A DNA stretch of 61,958 bases, counting the filler, from Chiloscyllium plagiosum (Eukaryota): the NCBI RefSeq assembly GCF_004010195.1. It is 4 parts of one record of this genome, joined end to end, with 100 filler letters (N's around TTAATTAATTAA, not from the genome) between each part and the next. Parts side by side here need not be neighbours in the genome. Positions count along the whole stretch, not along the records: positions 1 to 27,424 come from NC_057714.1; 3 more parts are not named here. One strand, written 5' to 3'. Shown in pieces: positions 11,590 to 25,159 of this stretch (the stretch's first letter is position 1; every line of letters starts with the position of its first letter). Both the position numbers and the translations under genes were made by a program. The notes below the pieces were generated by a model. It was not told where the DNA came from, did no database searches, and worked only from the letters and a program-made list of their open reading frames with translations.

Positions 11590-11975
11590 TTGACATAGTT
11601 GAAAAGTATAAGATCCTGATGAGATTTGACGAGGCGCATGTGGAAAGGATGTTTCTTTTTATGGGAAAACCTAGAACTAGGGGTCATTGTTTAAAAATAA
11701 GGAATCACCTATTTGAAACAGAGATGAAAAAACATTTTTTCCCTCACAGGGTTGTGAGTCTTTGGAATTTCCTTCCACAAAAGGCACTGAGTGCATAATC
11801 TTTAATTATTTTGAAGGCAGAACTCGATAGATCCTTGATTACCAAATAGATGAGAGGTTGTTGGGTATACAGGAATGTAGAGCTGTGGTTAACATCAGGT
11901 CAGCCATTATCTTATTGAATGGTGATACAGATTTGAAGGGGCAAATGGTCTATTCTTGTTCCTTGTATTTGTAAA
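11590..11975 (+). mobile_element. Old CR1 3' end
   Basis: RTRGHCLKIR..FETEMKKHFF-like coding remnant plus 3' UTR. Confidence 0.65.
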
Positions 11976-12244
11976 TTCCTGAGGAGTGGAAGTTCATGTG
12001 AAACATAAACACTTGCATGGATCAAAAGGCGAAACATCCTGTCTTCACGGAGGTTCAAGTGCACACAATCTAGGCTAATAAACCAGTGCATTGGGAGGGA
12101 AATGTGGCTTTGTTGTTCGTGCCATCCTGCAAATGATTCATTCAACATAGAATCTGTCAGTCCAACTGGATATATAAAGATGGTATGCTACTTCTTGAAG
12201 AAGATTAGCCAATGCTGCTGGCATCTGATCAATATTTCTTTCCT

Positions 12245-13441
12245 AGTTGTGGAGCCACTGTTTAAGAAGGGCGGTAAAGACAAGCCAGGGGACTATAGAC
12301 CGGTGAGCCTGACCTCGGTGGTGGGCGAGTTGTTCGAGGGAATCCTGAGGGACAGGATGTACATGTATTTGGAAAAGCAAGGACTGATTAGGGATAGCCA
12401 ACATGGCTTTGTGCGTGGGAAATCATGTTTGCTTGAGTTTTTTGAAGAAGCAGCCAAGAAGATTGATGAGGGCAAAGCAGTAGATGTGATCTATTTGGAC
12501 TTCAGTAAGGCATTCGACAAGGTTCCCCATGGGAGACTGATTAGCAAGGTTAGATCTCATGGAATACAGGGAGAACTAGCCATTTGGATACAGAACTGGC
12601 TCAAAGGTAGAAGACAGAAGGAGGGTTGTTTTTCAGACTTTTCAGATTGGAGGCCTTGTGACCAGTGGAGTGCCACAAGGATCGGCGCTNNNNNNNNNNN
12701 NNNNNNNNNNNNNNNNNNNNNNNNNNNNNNNNNNNNNNNNNNNNNNNNNNNNNNNNNNNNNNNNNNNNNNNNNNNNNNNNNNNNNNNNNNNNNNNNNNNN
12801 NNNNNNNNNNNNNNNNNNNNNNNNNNNNNNNNNNNNNNNNNNNNNNNNNNNNNNNNNNNNNNNNNNNNNNNNNNNNNNNNNNNNNNNNNNNNNNNNNNNN
12901 NNNNNNNNNNNNNNNNNNNNNNNNNNNNNNNNNNNNNNNNNNNNNNNNNNNNNNNNNNNNNNNNNNNNNNNNNNNNNNNNNNNNNNNNNNNNNNNNNNNN
13001 NNNNNNNNNNNNNNNNNNNNNNNNNNNNNNNNNNNNNNNNNNNNNNNNNNNNNNNNNNNNNNNNNNNNNNNNNNNNNNNNNNNNNNNNNNNNNNNNNNNN
13101 NNNNNNNNNNNNNNNNNNNNNNNNNNNNNNNNNNNNNNNNNNNNNNNNNNNNNNNNNNNNNNNNNNNNNNNNNNNNNNNNNNNNNNNNNNNNNNNNNNNN
13201 NNNNNNNNNNNNNNNNNNNNNNNNNNNNNNNNNGTGGTACGTGTATGGAATGAGCTGCCAGAGGATGTGGTGGAGGCTGGTACAATTGCAACATTTAAGA
13301 GGCATTTGGATGGGTATATGAATAGGAAGGGTTTGGAGGGATATGGGCCGGATGCTGGCAGGTGGGACTAGATTGGGTTAGGATATCTGGTCGGCATAAA
13401 CCAAAGGGTCTGTTTCCATGCTGTATGACTCTATGACTCTA
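12245..13441 (+). mobile_element. CR1 LINE RT and 3' end spanning an N gap (12690-13233)
   Basis: YRPVSLTSVVG, QHGFVRGKSC, YLDFSKAFDKVPH; VRVWNELPE after gap; (ctatgact)n tail. Confidence 0.9.
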
Positions 13442-14226
13442 ATCAATCTGGTTTTTAAAAAGGTTTAGTTGATCATCGGTCTCATCACTACCGTGTTTTA
13501 CTATATAATATGAATTATACCACAATATCTCAATTTATGTAAAATGATTTGCAACTTATCTGAGAGTTGTGATAAAGCATTGTACAGTGACTTTTTTTTT
13601 TACAGATAGGGATACATTGAAAGCATTCTGGATCAGTGGTGCTGGAAGAGCACAGCAATTCAGGCAGCATACATTGAAAGCATGCTAGTAAGACATTGCC
13701 TTCGCGGTCATTGAAATGGATAATGGAATTATTTTATTTTATCTAGCAGTTTTCACGTCCTCAGAGCACCCTAATGCCCACTGTGGTCAGTAAAAAGCTG
13801 CTGAAGTGCAGTCTTTCTTGTCACACAGATCTGAGATAGGACTGTAGTTTCAGACTGAGTGCCAGAAATTGTGTTTTTAAATCCAGAATCAAGTGTAAGA
13901 ATGTAAAACATAAGAATACAAATGGGCTATTTGGTCTATCCATCCCACTACAACAAACAAAGACAGGACTTATACAATTAATGGTTATTGTTGTAGTACA
14001 GGGGGACGTAGGTATACTGGATAAATAGTTCTTTAAAATTTGCATCACATATAGACAGAATGGCTAAAAAGGCATTTTACACACTTACCTTACCCAGTAC
14101 TTTGACTGTAGGAATTGGGAAGTCGTGTTGAGGTTGTACAGGACATTGATGAGACCTCTTCTGGATTACTGTGTCCAGTTTTGGGCACCCTGTTATCGAA
14201 GGATATTATTATGCTCGAGAGGGTTA

Positions 14227-14516
14227 CCAACCCCAACAACCCATGGCTCAACACTTCAACTCCCCCTCCCACTCCACTAAGGACATGCAGTTCCTTGGAC
14301 TCCTCCATCACCAGACCATAGCAACACGACGGTTGGAGGAAGAGGACCTCATCTTCCGCCTAGGAACCCTCCAACCACAAGGTCCTCATTCCTGAAGAAG
14401 GGCTCATGCCCGAAACGTCGATTCTCCTACCCCTTGGATGCTGCCTGACTTGCTACGCTTTTCCAGCAACACATTTTCAGCTCTGATCTCCAGCAATTGC
14501 AGTCCTCACTTTCTCT
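14227..14516 (+). mobile_element. Penelope 3' fragment (GIY-YIG C-terminus plus pLTR with hammerhead motif) inside a CR1 remnant
   Basis: AQHFNSPSHSTKDMQ..LIFRLGTLQPQG; CTGAAGAAGGGCTCATGCCCGAAACGTC at 14392-14419. Confidence 0.85.
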
Positions 14517-14927
14517 CAAAAGAGATTCACCAGGATGTTGCTGGGCATGGAAAGTTAGAGTTATAAAGATAGGCTGGGACTTATTTCTCTGGACTGTAGG
14601 AGGTCGAGAAGTGACCTTTTAAAGCAGAAATGAGGAGTGACAGCGCATCTGTTTTTACAAAGTTGGTAGGGGCATGGATACTAGTTTAGACACTGTGAGA
14701 ACCTCTCTGCTTTTATTCATGGATGCTATTACTAATTGATTCATGATACCTTTTACAGTACATTTACCTAACAGAGCGGATTGTTTAGATTAGATTAGAT
14801 TACTTACAGTGTGGAAACAGGCCCTTCGGCCCAACAAGTCCACACCAACCCGATTGTTCTCAGCTTAATGCCTCAGTTGGAAATCAACATCTCAAACAGT
14901 GCAGGATTCCCTCCACACTACATTCTT

Positions 14928-15270
14928 GAAGGTTATAGGTAGAGTTAATGGTAAGCGTCTTTTACCTAGAATGAGGGACTTCAAGACTAGGGGAATATCT
15001 TTAAGGTGGGATGAGAGAGATTTTGAAAAGACAAGGGGGCAATTTTTTTTTACAGAAAGTGGTTCACGTATTGAATGAATTACCTGAGGAAGTGATTGAT
15101 GTGGGTCCAATTACAACCATTAAAAGACACTTTGATAAATACATGAATAGGAAATGTTTGAAGGGATGTGGGCCTGGAGCAGGCAGGTGGGACTAATTTA
15201 GTTTGGGATTATGTTCCGCATGGACTGGTTGGACCTAAGCTTCTGTTTCTGTGCTGCATGACTATGACTC
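14928..15270 (+). mobile_element. CR1 3' end
   Basis: GNFFLQKVVHVLNELPEEV..GRWD stop, tgact tail. Confidence 0.8.
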
Positions 15271-15639
15271 GATAAGATATTAACATCATGGCTCATTCTC
15301 AATGTCAACCTTTCTGCTCTCTCCACATATCTCTTGTTACCGGCAGAGTTTAAAATCTATTGATTGCTATTTGAACATACTAAACAGCTGAGCATCTGCA
15401 GCTTTCTGGTGCAGAGAAATTCAAAGACTGACAATTCTTTGAGTGAAAAAATGTTCTCTTCATCTTAGCCTGAAATGTTTGATCCCTTATCCTGAGATTC
15501 AGCTTTTTTATTCTAGGTTCTCCACACAGAGAAACATCCTCTCAGAATCTTCCCCAAAATCTTAAATGTGATTTCAATGAAATCACTTCTGTAGAAACTT
15601 TAAGGACATATTACAAAATGGATTGCCCACTTGCTTTCA

Positions 15640-16030
15640 ATATTTCAGCAATATAAATCATTATCATTAATTTGCACATTGCAAATTCCCAAAAGCAGAA
15701 ATGAGAAATGGCACAGCATCTGTTTTTGCAGTGTTGGTGGGGGCATGGTAACTTGTTTGGACACCAGGAAAACCTCTCTGCTCTTGTTCATGGGGGCTAT
15801 CACTAAACGATTTATAAGACCTTTTACAGTGCTTCTACCTGATAGAGCAGATAGTTCTCAGCTTAATGCCTTGAATAGTGCAGGATTCTGTCCACACCAC
15901 AATAAAGAAAATACTCAACATAAATGTACTCAATGTACTCAAAATACTCAGTGTATACTCAAGTCTTTAGAATGGTGTTGAAGAGCACAGCTATCTGAAT
16001 CAGAGGTGACAGCACTGCCACAGAACCAAA
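15640..16030 (-). mobile_element. Ancient Deu-domain SINE remnant (AmnSINE/SacSINE-like)
   Basis: Degenerate ggacaccagg..ctgctctt, gcttaatgcc..agtgcag and ctgaatcagagg blocks resembling the reverse Deu domain; related pieces near 14690-14920. Confidence 0.5.
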
Positions 16031-18080
16031 CTTCGCAGCTTTACAGCCAATTGTGCATGTAACCAGTACTTTTGTGCTATGGGTCTGATTCATAGGTTGA
16101 AAAATTAGTACAAATATGGGTTGCATCTTTTTATAGTGGGCTGCAGGGTATTTTTGATCTCACACATGGAAATATTTATTGTTTTCGTCACTGTGTCAAA
16201 CTCCTCTGTGCACAATCTATTCAGGTCAGTAAAATGATTGTCTCATTATTGCTTAGATGATTATGCGTTGCACACCATTTCACTTGCTCAGTGATTCATA
16301 TTTAATTTATTTTGCATCATTATCCAAATGACCCATGTATCATGATAGCTCAAGATATTGTCTAGAAAATGTGATTAGCTTTGTTGTTTAGTTAGTGTCT
16401 CAGGAAGTGTACTGATTTTTTTATGCTGTTCTTTAGTTCAACACTATTTGTACTGATGAGCCTGCTTGTGTTGACTATCAATGCGGTTGTAGACAATACA
16501 AATCCCATTTAATGTGAGTGGAATAAGCACTTCAAGAATAAGTAAAAACTGAAATCCACATCAGTAGGAAACTTACCTTGTCTGCAAAACAGAAATGTTT
16601 TGTTCACACACTTTCCAAATTAAATATCCTGAAACTAACATGCCTGTAATCTACATTTTTCTAACTGTGCTTTTTGACAAATGCAGAATGGAAGCATTTG
16701 TGCAACTTTTCTGTGCTAGGTGCTAACTTACATTGCAGATCTAGTAGAGGTTTTCATTTCAGAAGGAACATTGACCAATTATTTTCCCATTCTAAAGTTT
16801 GCATTTCACTTACAGAAATGAACTTTGTCAAATTCATAAAGTGCTTAAGTATTGTAGTGTTATAATTTATTTTTAAGAGGGGAAATGAATATAATTTGCA
16901 GGCATCATGGCTTCAGATTAATTAAATCAGTTTTATCTGCTTCAAAGACTCTCAAGTATTAGATACTGTTAACAAGGCCATATTAACATGCAGTTGGTGG
17001 GCTCTGAATGGCCTGAACTGTAGCCTGTTGGCCCCATGCCCAGGGCAATTTCAAACAATACAGACAAAGCCAGTCCAGTTGAAAAGAATGTAAGTCAGGT
17101 ATGGAGATCCACGGTCGGGAGGGAGATGAGATAGCATGAAGACGGGTGGTACTGACAAGAATCGTTTTTGTGGAAATCAGACTTAAAAGCAATTTTAAGT
17201 TTAACTTTTTTGGGCCTCTTTCTCTTGACCAACGCATTCCCCGTAGGTGTTTTACATTGCATCAATGTGATTCCATATGGATTAATGTATTATCCTTTCA
17301 ATTCTGACAAAAAGTTGCAGTTAAAATGTCAACTGAGGAGGATTGAGCTGCTAAATTAATCTCCTTGACCTGTCCATTCCCTAGGAGTAGAGGGAATTAA
17401 AATAATTGGTCCTCCACTTAACCTCTTTGTTGCACAGTCTTTGGACTTTAACCCAAGCTAGTCGATGGTCGGCCTTCACTTTATACAACTTCATCAGTAA
17501 CAGGCAGAAGCAGCTTATATTTCCGTTTACTTTTAAGGCAAAGTTTTGTTTTGAGGAGCCTAATGCCTCTGCTTTCTATTTATATATTATCTAAAGTACT
17601 ATATATTATTTGAATTATGTACTCATATTACAAATTATTAATATTATTAATTATTTACAATATATTATTGACTTGAAAGTGATTGTTCTCTAGTCAAATT
17701 TACAGATGACAAATATACATTCGAAGGCAGCTGGTGAGAATAACACAAATAGTCTGCAGTGGAATATAGACAGGTGAAGCAAATGTGCAACAAAAACTTG
17801 ACAGGTGGAATGTAATGTGGGGAAATGGGAGTTTATGCAATCTGACCTTCAAGTCGGAAAATGGCATTGTGTGTTTCTCTCTGCAACTTGGAAAATAGCA
17901 ACCTGCAAATGACTGGCAAGAGATTAATTAATGATGGAATGTAAACACATGTACATAGATCCCTCACTTCACCCAAGTGAGATTCACAACTGGTTGTTAA
18001 AACCATGCGGAAGTTGGAGACTTTTCTCTTAATTTTGAGATTGTCTTTTTGTTTTACTCTTGCCTCATTGTCTCACCATG

Positions 18081-18376
18081 TGGGTGGCACGATGGCACAG
18101 TGGTTAGCACTGCTGCCTCACAGCACCGGAGACCTGGGTTCAATTCCCGCCTCAGGCAACTGTCTGTGTGGAGTTTGCATTCTCACTGTGTCTGCATGGG
18201 TTTCCTCCGGGTGCCCTGGTTTCTTCCCACAGTCCAAAAATGTGCAGGTTAGGTGAATTGGCCATGCGAAATTGCCTGCAGTGTTAGGTGAACGGGTAGA
18301 TGGTCTGGGTGGGTTGCTCTTCGGAGGGTCGGCGTTGACTTGTTGGACTGAAGGGCCTGTTTCCACACTGTAAGTA
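18081..18376 (+). mobile_element. HE1-like tRNA-derived V-SINE
   Basis: A box tggcacagtgg, B box ggttcaattcc, V-domain gggtttcctccggg, LINE-type tail. Confidence 0.9.
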
Positions 18377-19434
18377 ATATTGTCTCATGACATTCCGGGC
18401 CTGGGAAAAGTCAGTCCATTGTTTCCCTTACACTCAGATCATATTTCTGTCTTATCTAAACCATTAACTTAGATTTTGAGCATGTCAATCGTTTGCACAG
18501 TGGCCAATATTGCTGCACCCCAAAAAAAGGAGGGGACCAGTCTGATAAACCTTTGTCACCTCACAGAATTCTTGGCTCAAAACAAATCTTGAAGAACTGA
18601 ATTCCTCTAGGCAGACCTTTTCAAATATTAAATGTGCTTACATGCCAGAATCATGTCAAAGGTATTTTCATTCAAACACTGCAAACTGCAGGAAGCTCTG
18701 TGGTATTCTTTTATCCGACATACAATGGAGAAAAAAGATTATTCTGCTACTTCCTTCATCTGACATTTAGTTGCTTCTTCAGGTGACATTCGTAAAATCT
18801 AACAATTTCAGGAATCACTTAACAGGTAAAGAAAGGTAAGGGCAATTGTTCTGATGTTTTCATGTTTTATTACTTATAGTTTATTTGGGCTTTGAATACC
18901 CAGATGAAATAATTACCTGGAGTTTATTCTTCAGGCTGGTATATATATATATATATTTATTTATTTATATATATGGCAACCATTGCTACTCATACTCATG
19001 TCTTTGATACACAGAACTTTGCAATGAGATGAATAATTTCAGTTATTTTTTTCAAAATAAACAAACGGTTCATTTAAAATAAATTCACCGGTTAAAGCAG
19101 CACACTTTTACACAACCACTTTGATAAAAATTTAAGCAATAGAGATTCAATCTCTTGAATCCTCATCCTTCGGTCATGTATGCTTTTGGTTTGTAAATTT
19201 TGTACGATACTTCTATGACTAGTTTTCCCCTATGTTTTGGAGCTAATTTCGTGAGTTATTGCTTCCAGCATGGAAATTTGTACAGTGGAAGTATATGTGC
19301 AATTTAGACTAGCCCCCACCCCTATATAACTTTGTCTCTACACAGAAGCAAGATACTGTGGTCACCTGAAATAAGGGCAAAAGAAATTGGAAAAACCTTG
19401 CATTCTCAGAACTATCAATATCTTAGTAACATTA

Positions 19435-19820
19435 TTTTCATCCTTTCTCAGGATGTGGGCATCATTTGTTGCCCTAACTTCCCTTCAGTGAGAGGTGGTT
19501 GAAACACCTCCTTGACCCACTACAGTCCATGTAGTGTAGGTGCACCTACAGTGTTTTTCAAAACCTCATTCATAGAATGCGGATGTTGCTGGCTGGGCCA
19601 CCATCTGTTGCCCATCCCGATCCACCCTTGAGATGGTGATGGTGAGCTGCCTTTTTCAATCCTGCTGCCCAGTTGGTGCACCCTCCATTCAGGAGGGTGT
19701 TACAAGATTTTGACCCAATGAGGCTGAAGGAACAGCAACATATTTCCAAGTCTGTACTGGTGTATGGCTTGGATGGGATCTTGCTGTTTCCATGTATCAG
19801 ATGCCCTTGTCCGTCTAAGA
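19435..19820 (-). mobile_element. L2-type LINE 3' remnants (continue at about 20190-20290)
   Basis: gcccatccc..cccttgagatggtgatggtgagctgcc..gaaggaacagc blocks, reverse of 32620-33000. Confidence 0.55.
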
Positions 19821-19821
19821 T

Positions 19822-20183
19822 TTAAGACCATAAGACCATAAGACATAGGAGTGGAAGTAAGGCCATTCGGCCCATCGAGTCCACTCCGCCATTCAATCAT
19901 GGCTGATGGGCATTTCAACTCCACTTACTCGCATTCTCCCCGTGGCCCTTAATTCCTTGTGACATCAAGAATTTATCAATTTCTGCCTTGAAGACATTTC
20001 GCGTCCCAGCCTCCACTGCACTCTGTGGCAATGAATTCCACAGGCCCACCACTCTCTGGCTGAAGAAATGTCTCCGCATTTCTGTTCTGAATTTACCCCC
20101 TCTAATTCTAAGGCTGTGTCCACGGGTCCTAGTCTCCTCGCTTAACGGAAACAATTTCCTAGCGTCCACCCTCTCCAAGCCAT
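19822..20183 (-). mobile_element. Young CR1 3' end
   Basis: ORF 19915..20178 RTRGHSLRIRGGKFRTEMRRHFFSQRVVGLWNSLP; (taagacca)n tail. Confidence 0.9.
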
Positions 20184-21717
20184 TTAAAGTTCATAAGTGT
20201 TGAAATTGCTGGTGTAGCTTTGAAGAGTTGTTGCAGTGCATACTTTATATGGTATATCTTGGTGTCACTTTGCACTGGAATGGAGAGAGTGAATTTTTAT
20301 CCTGCTATTTTAATGAGTCCAGCTATCAATGACTATAATGTACTGTTATTTCTATGGACTGTACTTTCTAGCAATATATTTCTGCTCCACTAACAGAGGC
20401 AGAAGTACAGGTGTATACCAAAGATAGATTTTCAAAGAGTTCTTCACAAGTTGAGCATCAGGACATAGAAATCTCTGCAAAGGGCTAAAGCTAATGCGCT
20501 GAGAATCCCTTCTAATCTGATTTTCTGGAGTTGCTTTGAGGCTAAATTCATATTTAGCAGGTTTACTTTTCATCTCAGCATTTCAGAATGCAGCCACTGA
20601 TTCACTTTAATCACAGAGAAAATAAATACCTTCATGTCTATCTTTTGAAATCTATTTGCACACTGGAAAGAATTTATATTTTAATTCCTCAAAGCTGCAA
20701 AACAGGATTGTTCCTAAAAGGAAACTTTAACTCAGTCCAATCCAACCTTTTAGCTTGCTGTTTATAGTAAAATAGAACTTAGGCACATGTGCAAACTGAG
20801 AGGCCAAGGATCAATGGGCAATGACATTTGTTTCTCATGGGGGAGCAGGCTACTGACAATGTGCACACCTATAATGGCAGCTAAGACAATTTTACAAAGG
20901 ACAATGATCCTCAGCTAAGTCCTGGAAGAAGGAACTGGCTATTGAGTTTGGGTGGGGGTAAGTGGGGGTGGTGACGTGGGGTGAGGTGGTGTGGAGATGG
21001 ACTTGATCTCATAATGCATGGAGTCATTTTGGGCAAGTGCTTTAGTTGATATTAATAAATGTGGAATGAATGTGCACATTTTAATAGGGTACAGTACTGA
21101 GTGGAAATAAGTGAGGACTGCAGATGCTGGAAATCACAGTCGAGAGTGTGGTGTTGGAAAAGCACAGCAAGTCAGGCAGCATCCAAGGAGCAGGAGAATC
21201 GATGTTTCGGAATGACGCTTGTGAGCTGAGGGGGTAGAGACATAAATGGGAGGGGGTGGGTAGGGCTGGGGGCAAGGTAGCTGAGAGTGCAATAGGCAGA
21301 TGGAGGTTGGGATAAAGGTGATAGGTCGGAGAGGAGGGAGGAGCGGATAGATGGGAAGGAAGATGGACAGGTCATGAGGGCAGTGCCGAGTTGGAAGATC
21401 GGAACCAGGATAAGGTCAGGGTAAAGGAAATGAGGGAACTAGTGAAGACCACATTTAATCCCTGGGGTTGGAGGGTCCGGAGGCGGAAGATGAGGCATTC
21501 TTCATCCAGGCGTTGGGTGGTAAGGGAGTGGCAATGGAGGAGGCCCAGCAACTGCATGTCCTTGGTGGAGTGGGAGGGGGAGTTGAAGTGTTCGGCCATG
21601 GGGCCGTAGGGTTGGTTGGTGCGGGTGTCCTGGAGATGTTCTCTGAAGCGCTCTGCAAGTAGGCGTCCTGTCTCCCCAATGGAGAGGAGACAGCACTGGC
21701 AGCAACGGATACAGTAA

Positions 21718-22052
21718 TTAGATTAGATTCCCTACAGTACGGAAACAGGCCCTTCGGCCCAATAAGCCCACACAGACCCTCTGAACAGTAACTCGCCCAG
21801 ACCCATTCCCCTACCTTATATTTACCCCTGAGTAATGCACCTAACACTATGGGCAATTTAACATGGCTCACTCAACTAAACTGCACATTTTTGGATTGTG
21901 GGAGGAAACTGGAGCACCGGGAGGAAACCCATGCAGACACAGGGAGAACGTGCAAACTCCACACAGACAGACAGTCACCCAAAATGGGGATCGAACCCAG
22001 GTCCCTGGCGTTGTGAGGCAGCAGTGCTAATCACTGAGCCACTGTGCTGCTT
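21718..22052 (-). mobile_element. HE1-like V-SINE nested in Penelope
   Basis: Reverse of 18081-type SINE including A/B boxes and (ttaga)n tail. Confidence 0.88.
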
Positions 22053-23319
22053 GTAAATGATATACGTGGAAGTGCAGGTGAAACTCTGATAGATGTGCAA
22101 AGGCCTCTTTGGGGGGGAAGTTGGGGGGACGCAGGTTTTGCAATTCCTGCAGTGGCAGGGGAAGGTGCCGGGAAGGGAGGGTGGGTTGTTGTGGGTGGGG
22201 GTGGGGGGTGCGTGGACCTGACAAGGGAGTCACAGAGGGAACGGTCTTTACAGAAAGCAGACAGGGGTGGGAAATATATCTCTGGTGGTGGAAATGGCAG
22301 AGGATGATGTGATGTGTATGGAAGTTGGTGGTGAGGACCAAGGGTGTTCTGTCCTTGTTGCTGCTGGAGGGGTGGGGTTCAAGGGCAGAGGTGCGGGAAG
22401 TGGATGAGATGTGCTGGAGGGCATCATTGACCACGTGGGAGGGGAAATAGCAGTCTTTGAAAAAGGAAGCCATCTGGTGTGTTCTGTGGTGGAACTGGTC
22501 CTCCTAGGAGCAGATAAAGTGGAGGTGGAGGACTTGGGAATAAGGGATAGCATTTTTACAGGAGGCAGAGTGGGAGGACGTGTAATCCAGATAGCTGTGG
22601 GAGTTGGTGGATTTGTAGAAGATGTCAGGATTGATTCGGTCACCGTTGATGGAGACGGAGATGTCCAGGAAGGGGAGGGAGGTGTCTGAGATAGTCCAGG
22701 TGAATTTAAGGTCGGGAGAATGTGTTGGTGAAGTTGATGAACTGTTCAACCTCCTCGTGGGAGCACAATGTGGCGCTGATACAGTCATCAATGTAGCAGA
22801 GGAAAAGGTGGGGAGTGGTACCGATGTAACGCCGGAAGATGGACTGTTCCATGAAGCTGACAAAGAGACAGGCATAGCTGGGGCCCATGTAAGTGCCCGT
22901 GGCTACCCCTTTCATCTGGAGGAAGCGGGAGGATTCAAAGGAGAAATTATTGAGGGTGATGACCAGTTGAGCCAAATGAATTAGTGTCAGTGGAAGGGTG
23001 CTGGTGGGGATACCGGGAGAGGAAGAAACGGAGGGCTTGGAGGCCCTCATCATGGCAGATAGAGGTGTATAGGGACTGGATGTCCATGGTGAAGATGAGG
23101 CATTGGTGGCCAGGGAAATGAAAGTCTTGGACGAGATCAAGGGCATGGGTGATGTCCCAAACAAATGTGGGGAGTTCCTGGACCTGGGGATAGAACAGTA
23201 TCAAGGTAGGTGGAGATGAATTCGGTGGGGCAGGAGCAGGCTGAGACAATGGGTCGGGCAGGAGCAGGCTGAGACAATGGGTCAGCCAGGGCAGTCTGGT
23301 CTGTGAATCTTTGGTATCA

Positions 23320-23637
23320 TCATGGATCATAGACTCCCTAAAGTGTGGAAACAGGCCATTCAGTCCTACACGTCCACACTGAGCCTCCGAAGAATAACCC
23401 ACCCCTAACTAATGCACCTAACGTACACATTCTTGAATACTAAGGGCAATTTTAGCACCAGAAATTCACCTGGCCTGCACATCTCTGGATTGTGGGAGGC
23501 AACCCGAGCACCCGGAGGAAACCCACGCAGACGCGGGAAGAATGTGCAAACTCCACACAGTCAGTCGCCTGAGGCGGGAATTGAACCCAGGTCTCTGGCA
23601 CTGTGAGGCAGCAGTGCTAACCACTGAGCCACCCTGC
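23320..23637 (-). mobile_element. HE1-like V-SINE nested in Penelope
   Basis: Reverse SINE with ggaattgaaccc B box and ccactgagcca A box. Confidence 0.88.
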
Positions 23638-24816
23638 CAGTAGGAGGTATAACTGGGCTGAGCAGGGTTCCAAACTATGAGGTTGGATGCTGTGGATGGG
23701 AGATCCTCAGAGGCAATGAGGTTGTGTATGGTAGATGATGGTTTGGTGATTGGTGGGTGAGGTCATGGTGGTGAGGAGGTGTCTTTGAATTGGCCCCAGA
23801 CTTCAGTCGTGTAGAGGTCAGTGCGCCAAACTACCACTGCGCCAAACTACCACTGCGCCCCTACCCCGCCCCCCCCACACTTGTCCACTGGTTTGATGAT
23901 GAGGTTGAGAATACAGAGTGGATCATACTATATATGTACTAAGGATCTGGGACACCACATTGTATGTTGTAGCCTGCTTTCATTGTTCAGATGGCTGCTC
24001 ATTTGAATGAGACAACAAAAACGAAGTTAAAATCAGTCCATTTTCCAACAATGTGCTATGACTTAAAGATTTTCAACCACGTTTGTACTTCTCTTAATAC
24101 TATTGAAATAATTGTTAAATTTTAGTCAACCTCTCCACTCTATCTCTCCCAAAAAATCCAGAATATGAATTTCTGCCCAAGCAGCATTTGTTCTATTCAC
24201 TCAATGTATCCATATATAAACTAATCTGATTTACTCTGTTCAAAATTTTTCTGACATATAGAACAAAATAGCTGCATTTACAAATATTTCTCGTCAGTTC
24301 TGATAACATATATCTGTGATGTCTGCAAAACCATAAAATAAGCAGAATAAGTATTATTTTTCACTGAAATACAAGCTTGGACCGGTGGAGCTGAATCCTG
24401 TTTTCTTAATTGAACTGATCACCTGTCTGAGGGCAACAGTTAAATATATGGTTTTAAGCAGGAATGTGATCTTCATTAATTAAGAATAATTGACAGGACC
24501 TGCACTGTGCTTACAATAGGAAATGTTATGGGCCATTTTTCTTAATCCAGCCATAGCATGTGAGCACCAATGGCTGGACCAGCATTTATTACCCATCATG
24601 AATTGCCCTAAGGCATTGCTGTGTGTCATGAGTCACATATAGGTCGCACCAGGAAGGGATGTCAGATTTGCTTCTCAATTGTTGAAACAGATGGGTCACT
24701 ATGAAAATGGACAGTGGTTACAAGACCACCATTAGGTTGGCTTTTTATTCACAATTTTTATTGAAGTCGAATTTCACGATTTGCTATAGTAGCCTTTCAA
24801 CTCACATTTCCAGAAT

Positions 24817-25000
24817 GGAGTTCATGGAATGCCCTGCCAGTAGCAGTGGTGGACTCTCCTTCATTATGGGCATTTAAACGTGCATTGGATAGGCATATGG
24901 AGGATAGTGGGCGAGTGTAGGTTAGGTGGGCTTGGATCGGCGCAACATCGAGGGCCAAAGGGCCTGTACTGCGCTGTATTCTTCTATGTTCTATGTTCTA
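24817..25000 (+). mobile_element. Short CR1 3' end
   Basis: WNALP coding end and (ctatgtt)n tail; inverted sister copy at 25590-25800. Confidence 0.8.
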
Positions 25001-25159
25001 ATATTGATAATCATTCAGCGGGCCTGACATCATTTACACCATAACTGGCTTTATTCAGCTTGCTTTTAAACCTGTGTTGTTGATATCTGTAGTGATTGTT
25101 ATGTGGTCAGCCAGGTGGACATCACAGATTTTGAGATTCCTGACTGAGGTTGTTAATCT

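Larger units (their letters stand above)
21105..23910 (-). mobile_element. Degenerate Penelope-like element (RT to GIY-YIG to pLTR) interrupted by two SINEs
   Basis: MDIQSLYTSI, GVATGTYMGPSY, CYIDDC, YKSTNSHSYLDY, AEHFNSPSH in several frames. Confidence 0.88.

Noticed and set aside
12102..13371. Long ORFs of 200-380 aa (also 57862-58585)
   Set aside because: Length comes from translated Ns
18081..18150. tRNA-like A/B boxes (also 35765, 43160)
   Set aside because: SINE heads continuing into the V-domain, not tRNA genes
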